A stretch of DNA of 64,000 bases, from contig NMRA01000595.1 in NCBI GenBank assembly GCA_002633005.1, positions 99,438-163,437 of the forward strand. Direction: 5' to 3'. How positions within the stretch are numbered: position 1 is the first letter of the stretch; each line of letters opens with the position of its first letter. The stretch comes from Phoronis australis (lineage: Eukaryota; Animalia; Phoronida). The notes under the pieces were generated by a model. That model was given only the letters and a program-made list of their open reading frames with translations. It had not been told where the DNA came from and searched no databases. Below are positions 15,401-34,382 of the stretch, one piece after another. The translations under genes and the position numbers were made by a program.

Positions 15401-18400
15401 AGAACAAAAATGTATACAGTGCAAACAAATGTGCAATACTTTTGTTTAATAAACACTCTCCGACAAATTTACTTTGCCCAATGCGACAGCATTAGCAGGA
15501 GTCAAAAACAGGGACAGTTTCATGGCACACATTTCCATATTATTTGCATATAATTAACTCAAGCGCTAGTAAAAACTCTCCAGTGCCACTTTCCAAACAC
15601 ATACTTACGGCTTGGTTAATCTAGAGAACAAAGTGCAACCAGACGGATAACAAACCATAGTGGGAACAGGCCTTGACGTTCAGCAAAGCACAACATCAGG
15701 GAAAACAAAACGTAGTGGAAACAGGCCTTGATAGTTTAACAAAACACAATATCAAGGATAACAAAGCATAGTGGGAACAGCCATGACAGTTCAACAAAGC
15801 GCAATATCAGGTATAACAAACTTTAGTGCGAGCACGCCTTAATTGTTCAACAAATCCTCAGGTATAACAAACTTTAGTGCGAGCACGCCTTAATTGTTCA
15901 ACAAATCCTCAGGTATTAACAAACCTCAGTAGGAACATGACATCACAATTCAATGGTTAACGTTCAATTGATACTTCAACAAAACACTAGCAAGTGACAT
16001 ATTTGCTGACCACCTAGTTACAGTTTGTACCATGTAGTTGGATACTTACAGCAAATGTGTTGCGCATTAAGGACATGTAAAGGCCTATATTTGCTTCATG
16101 CTGGCAGTAAGACATGGTCAGTTGTAGCAGCAAATTTTGCCACAAAGATACAGCACAGTTGCTACACAACGTCAACTGTAGCAAGAAAATTTTCATTCAG
16201 GTTAGAACAAAATTGTGTAACGCTTTCTCAAGAGCTTATTCGCTTGCAGAAAATTTTCAATGCCAAGGATGAAACTGTTCGCTACAGTTCGCAATTCCAA
16301 AGAATCAGCCATGGTTTTGATGCATGCTTAAGACATGTTTTCAGAGGACTAACAGCAAATACAGGAAACCATGGGGCTTGAAAAGCTTTGAATTCAGATT
16401 GTGCAGAACAAAGCTGTTTTTGAGTAAGTAAGTCAGCCAAATTACGTGTGGTGTGTGTATGAGTGTGTGCGCATGTCTATATCTACATGTGCAAACAGGC
16501 TGGACACCTCGTGTCCTTCTGTGTAACTGTTAAATGTGATTATCATTCAATAAATTCAAAAAAAAAACATATAACAAGTCCAGGAAACATTTATGTCATG
16601 GTTTTTAATTTTGGGAATTTACATCAATTTTTTACTGTGAGTTCAAAGTGATGTTTCAGAAGACTGGCATGATTGCAGAAAGTTTACTTTATGTTCACAG
16701 GCCTAAAATAAATTGTAATATTTTTTCAAGTTCTGAATATGTACGGGAGGATGATGACTAAAAACTAAGTACAGGCGACCACTGCACAACACACTGGTAA
16801 CTATGGGAAGAGTCTGAATCATGTCATTTTTAACATGCAAAAGACTGACAATTATAACAAAAACTACTTTAATTTTCAACAGTAGGTGGACATTTACATT
16901 TTGGATGTGAACAAAAAAGGATCTGGGTCACTCTGGAGTGTGATGACCCAAAAACGACAAATACGCATCATCAAAGTCTCATGCAGCGCCATCTATGGTT
17001 CACATTTTGGAGTTGGTAGAACCATGTGTTTTGGATCCTTAACATGGTTATCATCAATGATTTCAAATCACTACACCACGGACTGACCAGAGCTCATTGA
17101 TTCTTTCTACAGAAGATCATCGCTAATAACTCGATTCATTCGAAGAAATTAGTTCTGCATGGGACTTTAAAACTTAGCAAAGAATTTAAACACCTCAGCA
17201 AATCGCTTACATGATTTTGGACTGGAAGTATAGTCTGTACATCTGCAGATCGTCCCGGATCCCCCGCAGAGCCCGCGTCATCTCTGTCTCGTTTTGATTC
17301 AGCTTCCGAATGAAAATCTCCAGCATCTCGCGCCAAGAATCCACGTGACCCTGTAACTGAGTTAACACGATGGTGTCCTGGTCGCTGAGGAGGATGGCGA
17401 AATGGCTAGCAAGCTTCGACCATGTTTTCTCACTCACATGAAGACGCTTGGCTGTGTTGAGGTCCTTCTCCTGGGTAACCTGAAGTGGCGTGAATTACGT
17501 TGAATTTTTAGAATAAACAACTTTGCCTGTCGAAACATACAAATGAATAGCAAATTAGACACAATAGACAATGTGAGTACAAATTTAAACTTTAATGAGA
17601 AGAATTCTACACCAATCATACCTTGAGAGCTAGACTGTAGGCGGCTGTACTCCAAATCTCGCGCTCTTCTGATAACGTGTTGACCAATTTCTCGAGTCGC
17701 TTCCTCTGCAGCTCATAGAGGTCATGATATTCCGCCAAAAGGCTGGCGTTCTTTTGAGACTCAGCTAAAGCAGACTTGAGCTGAAACCACATTTGCAAGC
17801 TGTTGCAGTGTCTGTAAATATGCATTCTGAACCCAAAAGCAATCTTTTAATTTAGGCCACTCATTGCTGTATAATAACTGTTCTCAAATTTCTAGGTTAT
17901 AAATGACTGTTAGAGGATTATTCCTTGCTCAGCTCATAATAACTGAACCGACATTACAAGCCAATCAGCTCATAATAACTGAACTGCCATTACAAGCCAA
18001 TTTCTAGAAACTCGTCTCCAGCAAAAACAAATGGTCAGCTGTTTCAAGCCCATAGAAAGCAGATTTTTAGCATTTGCCAAACGGGTTTTTGTGAAGAAGC
18101 TGACGTGTGTAGATCAGGGTACAACATGAACGGTATGTGATAAATGGACTTAATGGCCCTCTAGCACTCCAAAAGAAAATGAGTCAAAAACCGTCCAATT
18201 ACTTGATTGAATTTTGTTAGTTGACTTCAGGCAAAATTCAGAAAATGTGACCACAATTAGCCAAAAAATGTGTCTTTTGTCTTTTGCATTACTCAAAAGG
18301 TTTTGTCTTCTCTCTAGCAGACTTCAGGTTATGCAAGTCATAGATTTTCTGACATTCAGCCTGTGTCCGATGTTTTAAATATGAAGTAGGCTTAGACATC

Positions 18401-21400
18401 CGAAACATCCGAAGACTGCTTTTTAACCCTCGAGCCAAAAGACAGACGCTCATTGAGAAAAAGGTGCCGGGAGAAGGCAACAGAGCTCTTTTCATCTCGG
18501 CAATGGGCATAAACCTTATCTAAGATTTGGTCAAGATGTATTTTAGAGGGACAGCGTGATACCATGAATGGATGTTGATGACAGTGAAGATACTCTGCCA
18601 GAGTCTGTGCCAAGTTTTGCTTTGGACATTAATGAAGTCAGGACACCCTTTGAAGGTCAGCGTGATTGTGCCTGTTCCAACAAAGACGAAAAAAATAACG
18701 CATTAGATTTGTTTACTGGTCATCCAAATGTCATAAAAAATCACTATAACTATATAATGCTCCAAACGCTACTAGCGCCATCTGATGGTCGTTCAACAGT
18801 AACTCACATCCTCCTGGGCCTTCTCTGCCTCAGATGTCACTTGCTTGTCATGCTCTTTCACCTCGGTCAACTCACTGAAACAACCAATCATATAGTGTCT
18901 CTTATTGTAGTAAATTTACTACATGCAAATTAGCACTGCCATCATGCTTAACACTTCTGATGTTTAAAATTACATTTCTTCATTGTTTAGCTATTAAAGC
19001 CTATCTTCAATGGTAACACATGTAAAATATTGGTTCCTACAGTATGTTAAGAGCATTGCTCTGAGCCCACTAGTGCCATAAATTGTCAAATGTAACGAAC
19101 TGTTAGGCGTATTGGATTGCTTTTGTCTACGTAACCGCGAGAATCACCTTTTAATTCAAACAGCTGCGAAATAACATCCGCACCCAATAGTGTTCTATTC
19201 AGACCCCTATTCAATACAACCTTTTGTTTGTACTGGCATCTCGCGGTGACGCAACATGGCACGAAAAGGCAGCTTCACTTATCATTTGACGGGCTTACAC
19301 GTGATTGAACTAGCGTTTTCTTATTTTACTAAGGTTTTGCTAGGACTATCTGGTTAGCCTAATACATCTAAAGTAACAAAATTTCGTTGAAGTTAGGCTT
19401 AAAAGAAACCCCCATGGAAAAGTGAAACTTGAGCATTTAAAACCAATACGACTCATAATATTTCTTATAGTTATTTCCGTTATCAACAAGAACATCAACC
19501 CGTCAACACCTCACAAAAACATTTCAGAGTTCAAGTTTCACTACCAATAAAAGGCCAATGTCAAGAGTTACACATTGCTTTAGACTTACAGTCTCAGATA
19601 ATTTGTTAGCAGAGTTCTTACCAGTGCACACAACACAGAACTACAGCACATGAGTGAGCTGGGTCTATATATCATGGTTCCTAGCAGGAACAAAATGTGT
19701 TACATCAACCCTTTCTCATAAGGCCACGTGTAGGACCACTTACAATACTCTTATCAACTGAAAACAGCGCCAAGTTACCTTGTCAGTTGTCCTATTGTAG
19801 ACCGGAACCTCATCAACTCTTCAGTTAACCTTCGATCCAATGCTCTCTGTGCCATGACCTCCTCATGGAGACTGTAAATATGAGCATTTAATAGGTGTCT
19901 TTAAATATTGTTATTTCTCACACATTAAAAGCTAACACACCAGGTCTATTACGCCAGTTATCTCATGGTTATAACAAAAATTTGATCTAAAACAGAGTTA
20001 GGAAAATTATTTCGTGGGAATGCATCAGAACGTACATCACATGTTCACGAAATTAAATAAAAAAATCACAAGCACAAAAAGTTGCATAACAAAATACTAA
20101 CAGGGATATCAAATTATATTTTATTACAGTATCTTGAAATTGTTTTTCATTAATTTCTAATAGGCAAAGCTTGAAGAAGGCATTTTTTCAAAAAGGTTAC
20201 AACTGGTTTAATTAGTTACCTTAATTTTGAAACTGTCTATGAGACACAGTACCATCTAAACATCAAGTGCCATTCTGCCTATAACTAGTAACCCAGTCCT
20301 GTGTTCATACCTTTTTATTTGCCTGGGAACCCTGTTCAGCAGGTCGCTATATTTTTCCCTTAAGTCCGACAGGAGCTGCCCTCTCTCAATACATTCCACG
20401 CTCACCTGGGAAAGATGAATCAAACACAATATAATGAATTGAATGCTTAATTCACATCAAAGTTGTTCTCAAGTCAGCGAATACTTATATATGGACTTTT
20501 GAACTCCAAGGGAAACCTCGAACTTTATAAGCAAAGATTAGTCAAAACGCCTAAACATGACCTAGACAAGAAAAGTAGCATAACCAGTACAGGAAAATAC
20601 AGCAAAAAATTCACTTTAGGCTCAGTGCAGAAAGAAGTGATTGGCCTGTTAGGTCAGAATGTTGCATTATGGGACTGAATTTTGTGAAGATTATTCTCTG
20701 TAAGCCCAAACCAATGTGTGAAGTCCATGGAAAGCCCTGCAACATGAGAGCACACAAGAATCAAAGCCAAGACCTCACCTGTCTAATCATTTCATGGAAG
20801 ATGATGTTGTATATGTTTTGCTCCTTCTTGATCAGCTCCAGGAGGTTGTGCATCTGTGTGGGACCTTTGACCTCCAGGTCAAGGTCGTCAACCCCAGCCT
20901 TCTCCAGCATGTTGTCCAACGTCTTCTTTAACTGGAGCACCTCAAACCGACTGGTGGGTTTCCTGAATAAATGTGGAGTTGAAGGTGAAAGCAAGTGGCG
21001 GAAAGCAGTACCGTACAAGATAAAATTCTAATATTAATCAGACAAATTAAATATTATTTCCCCATCATAATAGCTAAATTCTGTTATCAGCAAAATAAAA
21101 CAGTTGAAAATTCTACTTTTAAAGTGGCTTAGCCACCTAACTTTCCAGTCAATTTCCCTTCATTCATAGTCATCAGGGGAGACTACTCTGATGAAGAATT
21201 CAGCTTCTGCCCAGCTGCCATGACAGGGAATTATGGCTCATTTTGTCTGTATACTTTTGGCTTGTTCCATAGGCTATAATTTCCAAAATCCCTTATCATG
21301 ACCCTGGCGTCTCCCAAGGTGGAAACCTCTACAAAAAAATACTATCCTGCCCCTTACCGTGTAGATGAACTTGTAGCCACTGATGCGTTTTATAAGAAAT

Positions 21401-24400
21401 GGTCGATAACAGACCTTGTGTGAGCCATCACCAATGTTTTACTTGGTGACCACGAGTGTATAAAGACATAGAAATTCCTGTAACGCAATTCTCAAATTTC
21501 CTAACGATTTGTCTAAAGGTCATAAAAATGACCTTGCAAAACTAGGGCTAACCAACAATGTTCGTATTGCCTCCCCACTTTTGATCACGATTGCTATAGG
21601 TACGTTCTGTTATAACTAACTGACCTCAGACATACTTACATTGATGGAAAGCTGACAAGATGTTTCTCATGGTCTTTAGCTTGACATGCATATTTACTAA
21701 AAAAGAAATAAGTATAAAACAATAAAAACACATCCACCAGCATACGTCTACAAATTACATTTTAAATTGACACATATATATGATTCAAAAATAGTAACTG
21801 ACATAACCAGTGCCATTGGTATAGTAATAAACTCCATCAAATAGACATTCAGCCAAAACGCAACAGACAGTGCCACCTAGTGTGATAGGAGCCTGCTTCC
21901 TTTACTCAAGGTCATGGGTTCAAGTCTCACTGGGGCACACAGCTAAACCCTTGAGTCAGGCTTCTAGCTCCTCAGCTTGGTTTTAACTATTATATATAAT
22001 AAAGCACCAGATGATTAGTGCAATGGGCTTACGCGTGGCCTGTGGATGTCTAATACAATGTGTACCAAACCGAATGCAATAATTTTTTTCAATGCGCATT
22101 TAGAACGAAACGATTTCAAATGGGAGCAAACAATTAAAAACATTGTACTTATTTTTTCATAAAATTCATAATTTGTACAATTATTTTACATTATCTTTTC
22201 TTTATTCTTCAATGCTTGTTATGAGTGAAATCAATGCTTTATCTAATATTTTGTACAGATTAATTATTAGTTTGTCCTGTAACAAAAATCTAATAACTTG
22301 CACAGTGTGTGTTTACAGATGAAGCGAATATATCAAAAATAATTTTTATTGAGTGAACAGAATATAACGGTACTTCATCTATTTTGCACGAAAATAATTA
22401 CAAAATTGTCAGTTTCCATTTTCAAAGACAGACATGATAACAGCAAATACTGAAAAATTTCACTAAAAGCTGTTTTATGACAACTACATTATACAAACCA
22501 TGCTAGCAATAAAACAGTAAAATTTTGATATTCATTTTTGTGAAAAATAATTATAAAACAAAATTTCACTCTTCAACCATACTATTTGGTAAATAAGTAA
22601 TAAATGACCAATGACAAAAAAGAGTTAAATAGTACAGGTGATGTATCGTTCCACAAATTAGCCTTGTGTAATAGAATATTTTTTGTGTTGTAAAATTTTA
22701 CTGAAATAAATGGTTTTGCATGAATAAAGTCAAAATATGATAAAAAGAGATGAAGAAAGGGGAAACTGGAAATCAAATAAGAGCAAATTGAAACCAAAAA
22801 AAGAGGAAAATAATCCTGTTAAAAGAGGAGACTTTCTGCAGAAGTGCCAACAAAAAATTCTAACTGCAGAATTCATCGGAACTTAACAAAAATATCATCA
22901 TCTTATAAAATCAACTCACTCTTCATTATACTCCAGACCCATCACACCCTTGTTTCGTACAATGTGATATTCCTCTGGGATGAGAGTGTCAGGCAGGGCC
23001 AGAACCTGGTAGCGACAAATACAAAATATCAGCATGGACTCTTATTATCACACCTCAACAGCCAGCATCAATTAGAATTGATATCAAATATCAAATATCA
23101 AACACTGAATCAACTTGAAAATTAAGCATCAACAGCAAAGATCTAAAACATCAAAATGAAAAACCAAATGAATTAATTTTTCATATCAAATGAAATCCAT
23201 CAGTCAGCCTATGGCTAATCTGCTCAAACTGAAAAATATCATGACATCGTACTAAACGATCCCACTCTCCCACTCTCTGACTGGAGAGTAGGCAATCTAT
23301 TTCACTGAAAGAGACATTAAAAATCTTGGACGTTGGATTGAGGAGAGCCATACCTTAGGTTCAGTGTCCGGCCTCCTGGACATACTTTCATCTACACTGT
23401 CTGGGGGTCCAGGGTACTCCTCTTTCTGAGGAATGTCATACAGGAATGATATGTCTCTGTAACATGGAGCACATTCAATGAGAACAGATTAACAAATCCT
23501 CCATTTTGAACATTTCAAAAATGAAGTTTCACCCACACATTTGGGACCAAGCGACTTTGAAAGAAAAATATTAAACATTAAACATCTGTCTGACCACTAA
23601 ATAAAGTGCTGGAAATTCTTTTACATAGAAAAAAGAATTTTTACACTTAAATTCTGTTGTTTTTTATGAAAAAAACAGGAAATTAAATTGAAAAGGTGTG
23701 AAATTTTTATGACAATGGACATACTGAGCAGAGCAGTGCCCAACCCGCCCCTGTCATCAACGTACTTGCCAGCCCCACAGGCGCACGCCGTCTTATCTAT
23801 GAGATGTTTAAACTTGTCCCTTCGTTTGTGATTCCATACATTGTTAGGAGGCTTCCTAGCTGGAACCTGCAGAATAAAAACACATTTCAGGCAATTAGCA
23901 TAGGTTGGAAACAACTTACTACAATCAATCCAATGTCAAACAATGAGCAAACTGCATGAACCACAAAGTGTTAGGACCTGCTTTTTGTTTTTGAATTGGG
24001 TAATATAGAAGGTTGTTTTTTGTCTTCTTTTTCGTAGAAGGTTGTTGTTGACTGAAGTCGTTGCTCAGTTGCCTTACATTACCCTTGTGTATTCTCTTAA
24101 TCACCTCAATACAGTAAATTTTATCTCACCAATTTAGCACACAATATGGCAAAAAAATGAAATTTCATTTCATCATTTTTTTCAAAAACGATGACTGAGC
24201 AGCAAAATTTGAAGCAAAGCTTTTATTATTTATCATTTTCAAGTTCTAAGACACACCTGCTACCTGAAAATACTTCACAGAATGGCAGGGATTTACAACA
24301 TTTAGAAGCATTACAAAAAGTCAATTCCTTTGTTCGACGTAGGTGAGATTTGACACTAATCTGATATATGGATGTGGAAGTGTTGCGTGTGAACTTGAAA

Positions 24401-26827
24401 TACTCAATAATCTCAAGATTGCATGTATGTGACTGTGAACTTGGAATACATTGTGAAACGTGGCAAGTTCACTCAAATAATCACGTTAGTGTTGCACTGA
24501 ACTAAAGCTATATGACAAGTTAATAAAACAACGAAAATTTTAGTCAACCACTTTTCAACTATCAGCGATCTTATTCACCAAACAACAAATTGATTAACCA
24601 TTTGCATATTCTCCAATTCTGTGACACAAGTTCCAGTAAAGAGAAAATGGGTGATCATAAGGCCAATAATTACAAAAAAAGTACGTCAATTAATCAACAA
24701 TTTTACCTGGTTCCTTAACGAATATTCAATTCCAAGTCCAGGCATATGTGATCTTGAGATAACGCAGCAGTCCTAGTTTGCGCACAACAGAAGCACATCA
24801 AAAACTGCATAACAATCACTCAACTGGATGACTTAATTTGAGAGCAAGCAATTTGGCATTTCGCGTAAGTGGAAAAATTGCTTCAGATTGATACCAATTT
24901 CACATGGAAATATTGCAATCGAATAGTATGATACCTACCCCAGTGACAGCTAGGTTTCTTGACCTGGTAACAGGTCCAAGTTGTTCTTGAGCGGGTGGGG
25001 GTTGGGTCAGTGCAAATAGTACATCGTCAGGGAGGAAGTCACTCTGTAGAGATGTGGGGAGGGGCTTAGACCTGTCAATCACTTGGTCAGCATGCCTGAG
25101 ATCCGGTAGGTTACCTGGAACAAGTAACATGTAATTCATGTAACTCAAGAGGATCATGTACATTACTTGACTACTTATTGTGCTGGTAAACACTTTGGAA
25201 TGTTCAAAACTTAAGGANNNNNNNNNNNNNNNNNNNNNNNNNNNNNNNNNNNNNNNNNNNNNNNNNNNNNNNNNNNNNNNNNNNNNNNNNNNNNNNNNNN
25301 NNNNNNNNNNNNNNNNNNNNNNNNNNNNNNNNNNNNNNNNNNNNNNNNNNNNNNNNNNNNNNNNNNNNNNNNNNNNNNNNNNNNNNNNNNNNNNNNNNNN
25401 NNNNNNNNNNNNNNNNNNNNNNNATTCTCTTAATCACCTCAATACAGTAAATTTTATCTCACCAATTTAGCACACAATATGGCAAAAAAATGAAATTTCA
25501 TTTCCTCATTTTTTTCATAAACGATGACTGAGCAGCAAAATTTGAAGCAAAGCTTTTATTTATCATTTTCAAGTTCTAAGTCACACCTTCCACCTGAAAG
25601 TACTTCACAGAATGGCAGGGATTTACAACATTTAGAAGCGTTACAAAAAGTGAATTCCTGTGTTCGACGTAGGTGAGATTTGACAGTAATCTGATATATG
25701 GATGTGGAAGTGTTGCGTGTGAACTTGAAATACTCAATAATCTCAAGATTGCATGTATGTGACTGTGAACTTGGAATACATTGTGAAACTTGGCAAGTTC
25801 ACTCAAATAATCACGTTGGTGTTGATAAAAATTTGCACTGAACTAAAGCTTTATGACAAGTTAATAAAACAATGAAAATTTTTGTCAACCACTTTTCAAC
25901 TATCAGCGATCTTATTCACCAAACAACAAATTGATTAACCACTTCTCCAATTCTGTGACACAATCTCCAGTAAAAGAGAAAATGGGTGACCATAAGGCCA
26001 ATAATTACAAAAAAAATACAATTAATCAACAATTCTACCTGGTTGCTTAACGAATATTCAATTGCAAGTCCAGGCATATGTGATCTTGAGACAAAGCAGC
26101 AGTCCTAGTTCGCGCACAACAGAAGCACATCAAAAACTGCATAACAATCACTCAACTGGATAACTTAATTTGAGAGCAAGCAATTTGGTATTTCGCGTAA
26201 GTGGAAAAATTGCTTCAGATTGATACCAATTTCACATGGAAATATTGCAATCGAATAGTATGATACCTACCCCAGTGACAGCTAGGTTTCTTGACCTGGT
26301 AACAGGTCCAAGTTGTTCTTGAGCGGGTGGGGGTTGGGTCAGTGCAAATAGTACATCGTCAGGGAGGAAGTCACTCTGTAGAGATGTGGGGAGGGGCTTA
26401 GACCTGTCAATCACTTGGTCAGCATGCCTGAGATCCGGTAGGTTACCTGGAACAAGTAACATGTAATTCATGTAACTCAAGAGGATCATGTACATTACTT
26501 GAGTACTTATTGTGCTGGTAAACACTTTGGAATGTTCAAAACTTAAGGATTTGCACAAAAAAAGTTAAAGTTAAAACTTGTTTCATATCCGGCAAAAACT
26601 CAGTTGAGACATTTTCCTTATAAATCTGTTATCAGTTTGTTGAATACATCTGAGGTCATTACTGTTTCCATGACCTAATAAAGCCTGAATACTGTCTATG
26701 ACCACTCACTATCATTGCCATTAACAGAGACCAAAGCCTTGGCCGAAGTCCGAGGTGTACTCTTGGTTGACTGTGGCTGTGACCTGGGCACAGGCGGAGG
26801 ACTGGGGGCAATCTGTACATCAGCCAT
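3436..26827 (-). CDS. AXDND1: Axonemal dynein light chain domain-containing protein 1 (~1126 aa, ~24 coding exons)
   Basis: Phase-consistent GT-AG exons (5'->3'): 26827-26710, 26446-26271, 23866-23766, 23456-23354, 23005-22920, 21696-21640, 20962-20779, 20405-20311, 19871-19779, 18874-18808, 17780-17622, 17479-17211, 14608-14527, 13698-13467, 11440-11325, 10800-10703, 9759-9475, 8764-8668, 8013-7795, 7295-7053, 6477-6448 (tentative microexon), 5873-5799, 5274-5150, 3706-3436. The spliced protein contains GAGKDISFLYD, LIPEEYHIVRNKGVMGLEY and FPSMKPTSRFEVLQL...[27 protein letters not shown], which I recognise as AXDND1/axonemal dynein light chain domain. Confidence 0.9.
3803..3887. mobile_element. 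Very short palindromic MITE-like element; second copy at ~34998-35066
   Basis: Inverted arms ttttgagaaccagttt / aaactggttctcaaaa around a ~20-nt spacer; outer ends tacagg...cctgta; the same core recurs near 35009-35060. Confidence 0.65.
4926..5135. repeat. Minisatellite, 41-bp unit, ~5 copies
   Basis: aatgtaaagtgtgtcacgacatgaacatgaacatagctgac repeated in tandem, next to the donor of AXDND1 exon 5274-5150. Confidence 0.95.
11760..11840 (-). CDS. AXDND1: Putative alternative 81-nt AXDND1 exon (xKDINTNMHDLADEMLTQLKVAVLGENG)
   Basis: Acceptor cctgtag, donor G|GTAAGA, phase 1/1, open frame; the peptide resembles the end of exon 13698-13467 (...ELLKQLHVRNDGENG). Confidence 0.55.
15645..15935. repeat. 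Degenerate ~50-bp tandem repeat
   Basis: Recurrent ataacaaa...tagtg...gcctt...gttcaacaaa units. Confidence 0.7.
21865..21965 (+). mobile_element. Possible decayed tRNA-derived SINE head
   Basis: B-box-like GGTTCAAGTC in a ggtcatgggttcaagtctcac context; no full cloverleaf. Confidence 0.35.
22000..22100 (+). repeat. Interspersed repeat fragment; related copy at ~63338-63420
   Basis: ccagatgattagtgcaatggg...gcctg...atgtct...caa.gtgta..a.accg..tgcaat is shared by both loci. Confidence 0.7.
22580..22830 (-). mobile_element. Interspersed repeat (probable non-autonomous DNA transposon); related copy at 33365-33640 in the opposite orientation
   Basis: gatgaagaaaggggaaactggaaatcaaata matches the reverse complement of tatttgatttccagtttcctctttattcatc at ~33453; the 33365 copy begins with CAGGG. 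Confidence 0.6.
24091..26549. repeat. Near-identical ~1.13-kb duplication (24091-25217 vs 25424-26549) flanking the N gap 25218-25423; probable uncollapsed haplotype
   Basis: Both copies carry the same AXDND1 coding exon 2 (25114-24939 and 26446-26271) and end exactly at the gap edges. Including both copies would shift the frame. Confidence 0.85.
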
Positions 26828-27689
26828 GATGCCTGCTTATATTACGTTACACTGTTCTGTAACAGAAACACAAATGTCAATCAAGATGGAAACTCCACAC
26901 ATCTCACGATATCTTGTACTTTGTCAACATTTGTGCAAGACCAGCTATCATCAAGAAGCATGTTTAAGAAGAGCGCCATTATTACTAGACCATGTGGTTA
27001 ACCTAAGGTGGAATGGCCCTGTCATAAATTAGTGGATGCAACAAAGAATTAATATTTGGAAAAAATATTGATTGCGTGACTGTTAACAGTTGAAGGTGTC
27101 TATTTTCATTTGAAATTGGTAAAAAGTAATATGCCTCTAACACATTAATTAGCCAAAGTGCAATTTGAAAAAAATCTTCCAGAGCGCTGAGTTAGGATGT
27201 ACATGCTGTTGTCTGTATGGTGCTGCTGACCTGAGGTAAACATAAACGAAGTTTATCAATAAAATGTTCAAATCTGGCCCTGCTCATTAAACATGATCAG
27301 GCTGAGTTTAGCTCATCAAAACTGCGATGTATTTTCCTTAGCTAGACACGCTGGAAAACTGTATACAGGGTTACCCTAACGAATTGGCCAAATAACATCC
27401 AACACAAAATTAGTGTCATTAAAAACTGCACTCTTTCTTGAGTGAACTTTATCATTAAGGAAAATTGCAGTTCTACCATTTTTCTGCTACTTGAGTTGTG
27501 GGGCAATGTTATGCAGTCACGGGTTCTTGGCACCATCAAATACATAGATGATGAATTTCAAAGTAAGCGCATCGTTGGTCTTCTCTACTTCTACACATAT
27601 CTTCGATGAAGCTTAGTTGTGAGAATTAAGGTGACTTTGGCGAAGTATTCCAACTCCACTTTTTTGGTTGCCATTGACTTTTTCACCGC

Positions 27690-28689
27690 ACGCGCGATAA
27701 CCACAAAGTATGTCAGCTGCGTTGTCGTGAGTTATGCAAATGCTAGCGCGAGACTGAGCGAAGCGCGTGACACTAGCGCATGACACTTGCAAAATAGCAT
27801 GAGAAGGTATCAGGTGAAATTTGGAAGATTTGTATCCCTTGGACTTTTTATTCATCAACATGCATGATTTCACGTAACCTCCTTAAAATGGCGCCCGGTA
27901 ACTGAGAGAAACTCGAGCAAACCATGACAGATTTTCATTGATTTGTTCAAATTGTTTTGACTGAACCATGTTCAGACTGATGGTATGAGTTGTTTATAAC
28001 TCCATATATGCATGTTTCGACATGAATAACTTTTTGTGGGTATGTTTTGCAGCTTTTTTTAAATGACATGAGTTTTAAGTGTGGAATGGATTTTTGTCGA
28101 GGTGAAAACTCAAAATCAGTGATCGGATTTGGGTTACCGCCCGTTTAAAATACATGTAATGAAATGTGTACAGAAAGCGAATGGAAGTATTGTAGCCCCT
28201 AAATGGCCAACGGAGGGCTATACTTCAGTATACTTGTTGCCTACATTGTGTCATGATGTGGCCAGTGCCCGAGCAACACGATGGGGAACTTGTCTTATCA
28301 GAATGATCTTTAAAACTCGCAAAGAATGAAGTGAAATTCTAATTGTCTCTTCATCTAATAAGACAAATCTAGTAACCCCTCATTGCCCACTGACATTGAC
28401 ACTCAGTCAGTGCACAGCAAATTGAACGCTTGTTATTGGAAGTCCAAGCCGTCAGAAGTTCAGAAATGCCCCCTAGAAATAATTTTGATATTGTGATTGG
28501 CTCATGCACTGTGGCTAACAAATGGTGCCTTTTTAATCGGGATTTATATCTGAACATGATCAAAAAGTCTGGAAACAAAACTTTCAAACTTACTTCATCG
28601 GTTGCTTTATGGAGTCAGCCATATTGTCGTTTGCGACTGTTGCCAGGAAAACGAAGGCATTGTGGGTGTCGATGACGTCATTTTTCAAG

Positions 28690-28690
<1 letters not shown>
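27690..28690. promoter_or_regulatory. Probable bidirectional promoter between AXDND1 and SURF2
   Basis: Divergent gene starts; locally CpG-rich; YY1-like AAAATGGCG at ~27885; CRE TGACGTCA at 28673-28680; weak X-box-like GTTGCCAGGAAAAC at 28639-28652. Confidence 0.5.
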
Positions 28691-34261
<5,571 letters not shown>

Positions 34262-34265
<4 letters not shown>

Positions 34266-34382
34266 CCGGTGGTGTGTTGACCGGTGGTGTGTTGAGCGGT
34301 GGTGTGTTGACCGGTGGTGTGTTGGTCGGTGGTTGTCGGTCGTCATTGTGTTTACCCGTGGTGCTTTGACCGGTGGTGTGTT
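34262..34382. repeat. 15-bp tandem repeat (ttgaccggtggtgtg) starting at the SURF2 stop codon
   Basis: About 8 variably degenerate copies. Confidence 0.9.

Noticed and set aside
24939-25114. Tandemly duplicated AXDND1 exon as a mutually exclusive exon pair
   Set aside because: The exon copies encode the same peptide, the flanking introns are nearly identical, and the duplication ends exactly at an N gap; most likely allelic or an assembly redundancy.
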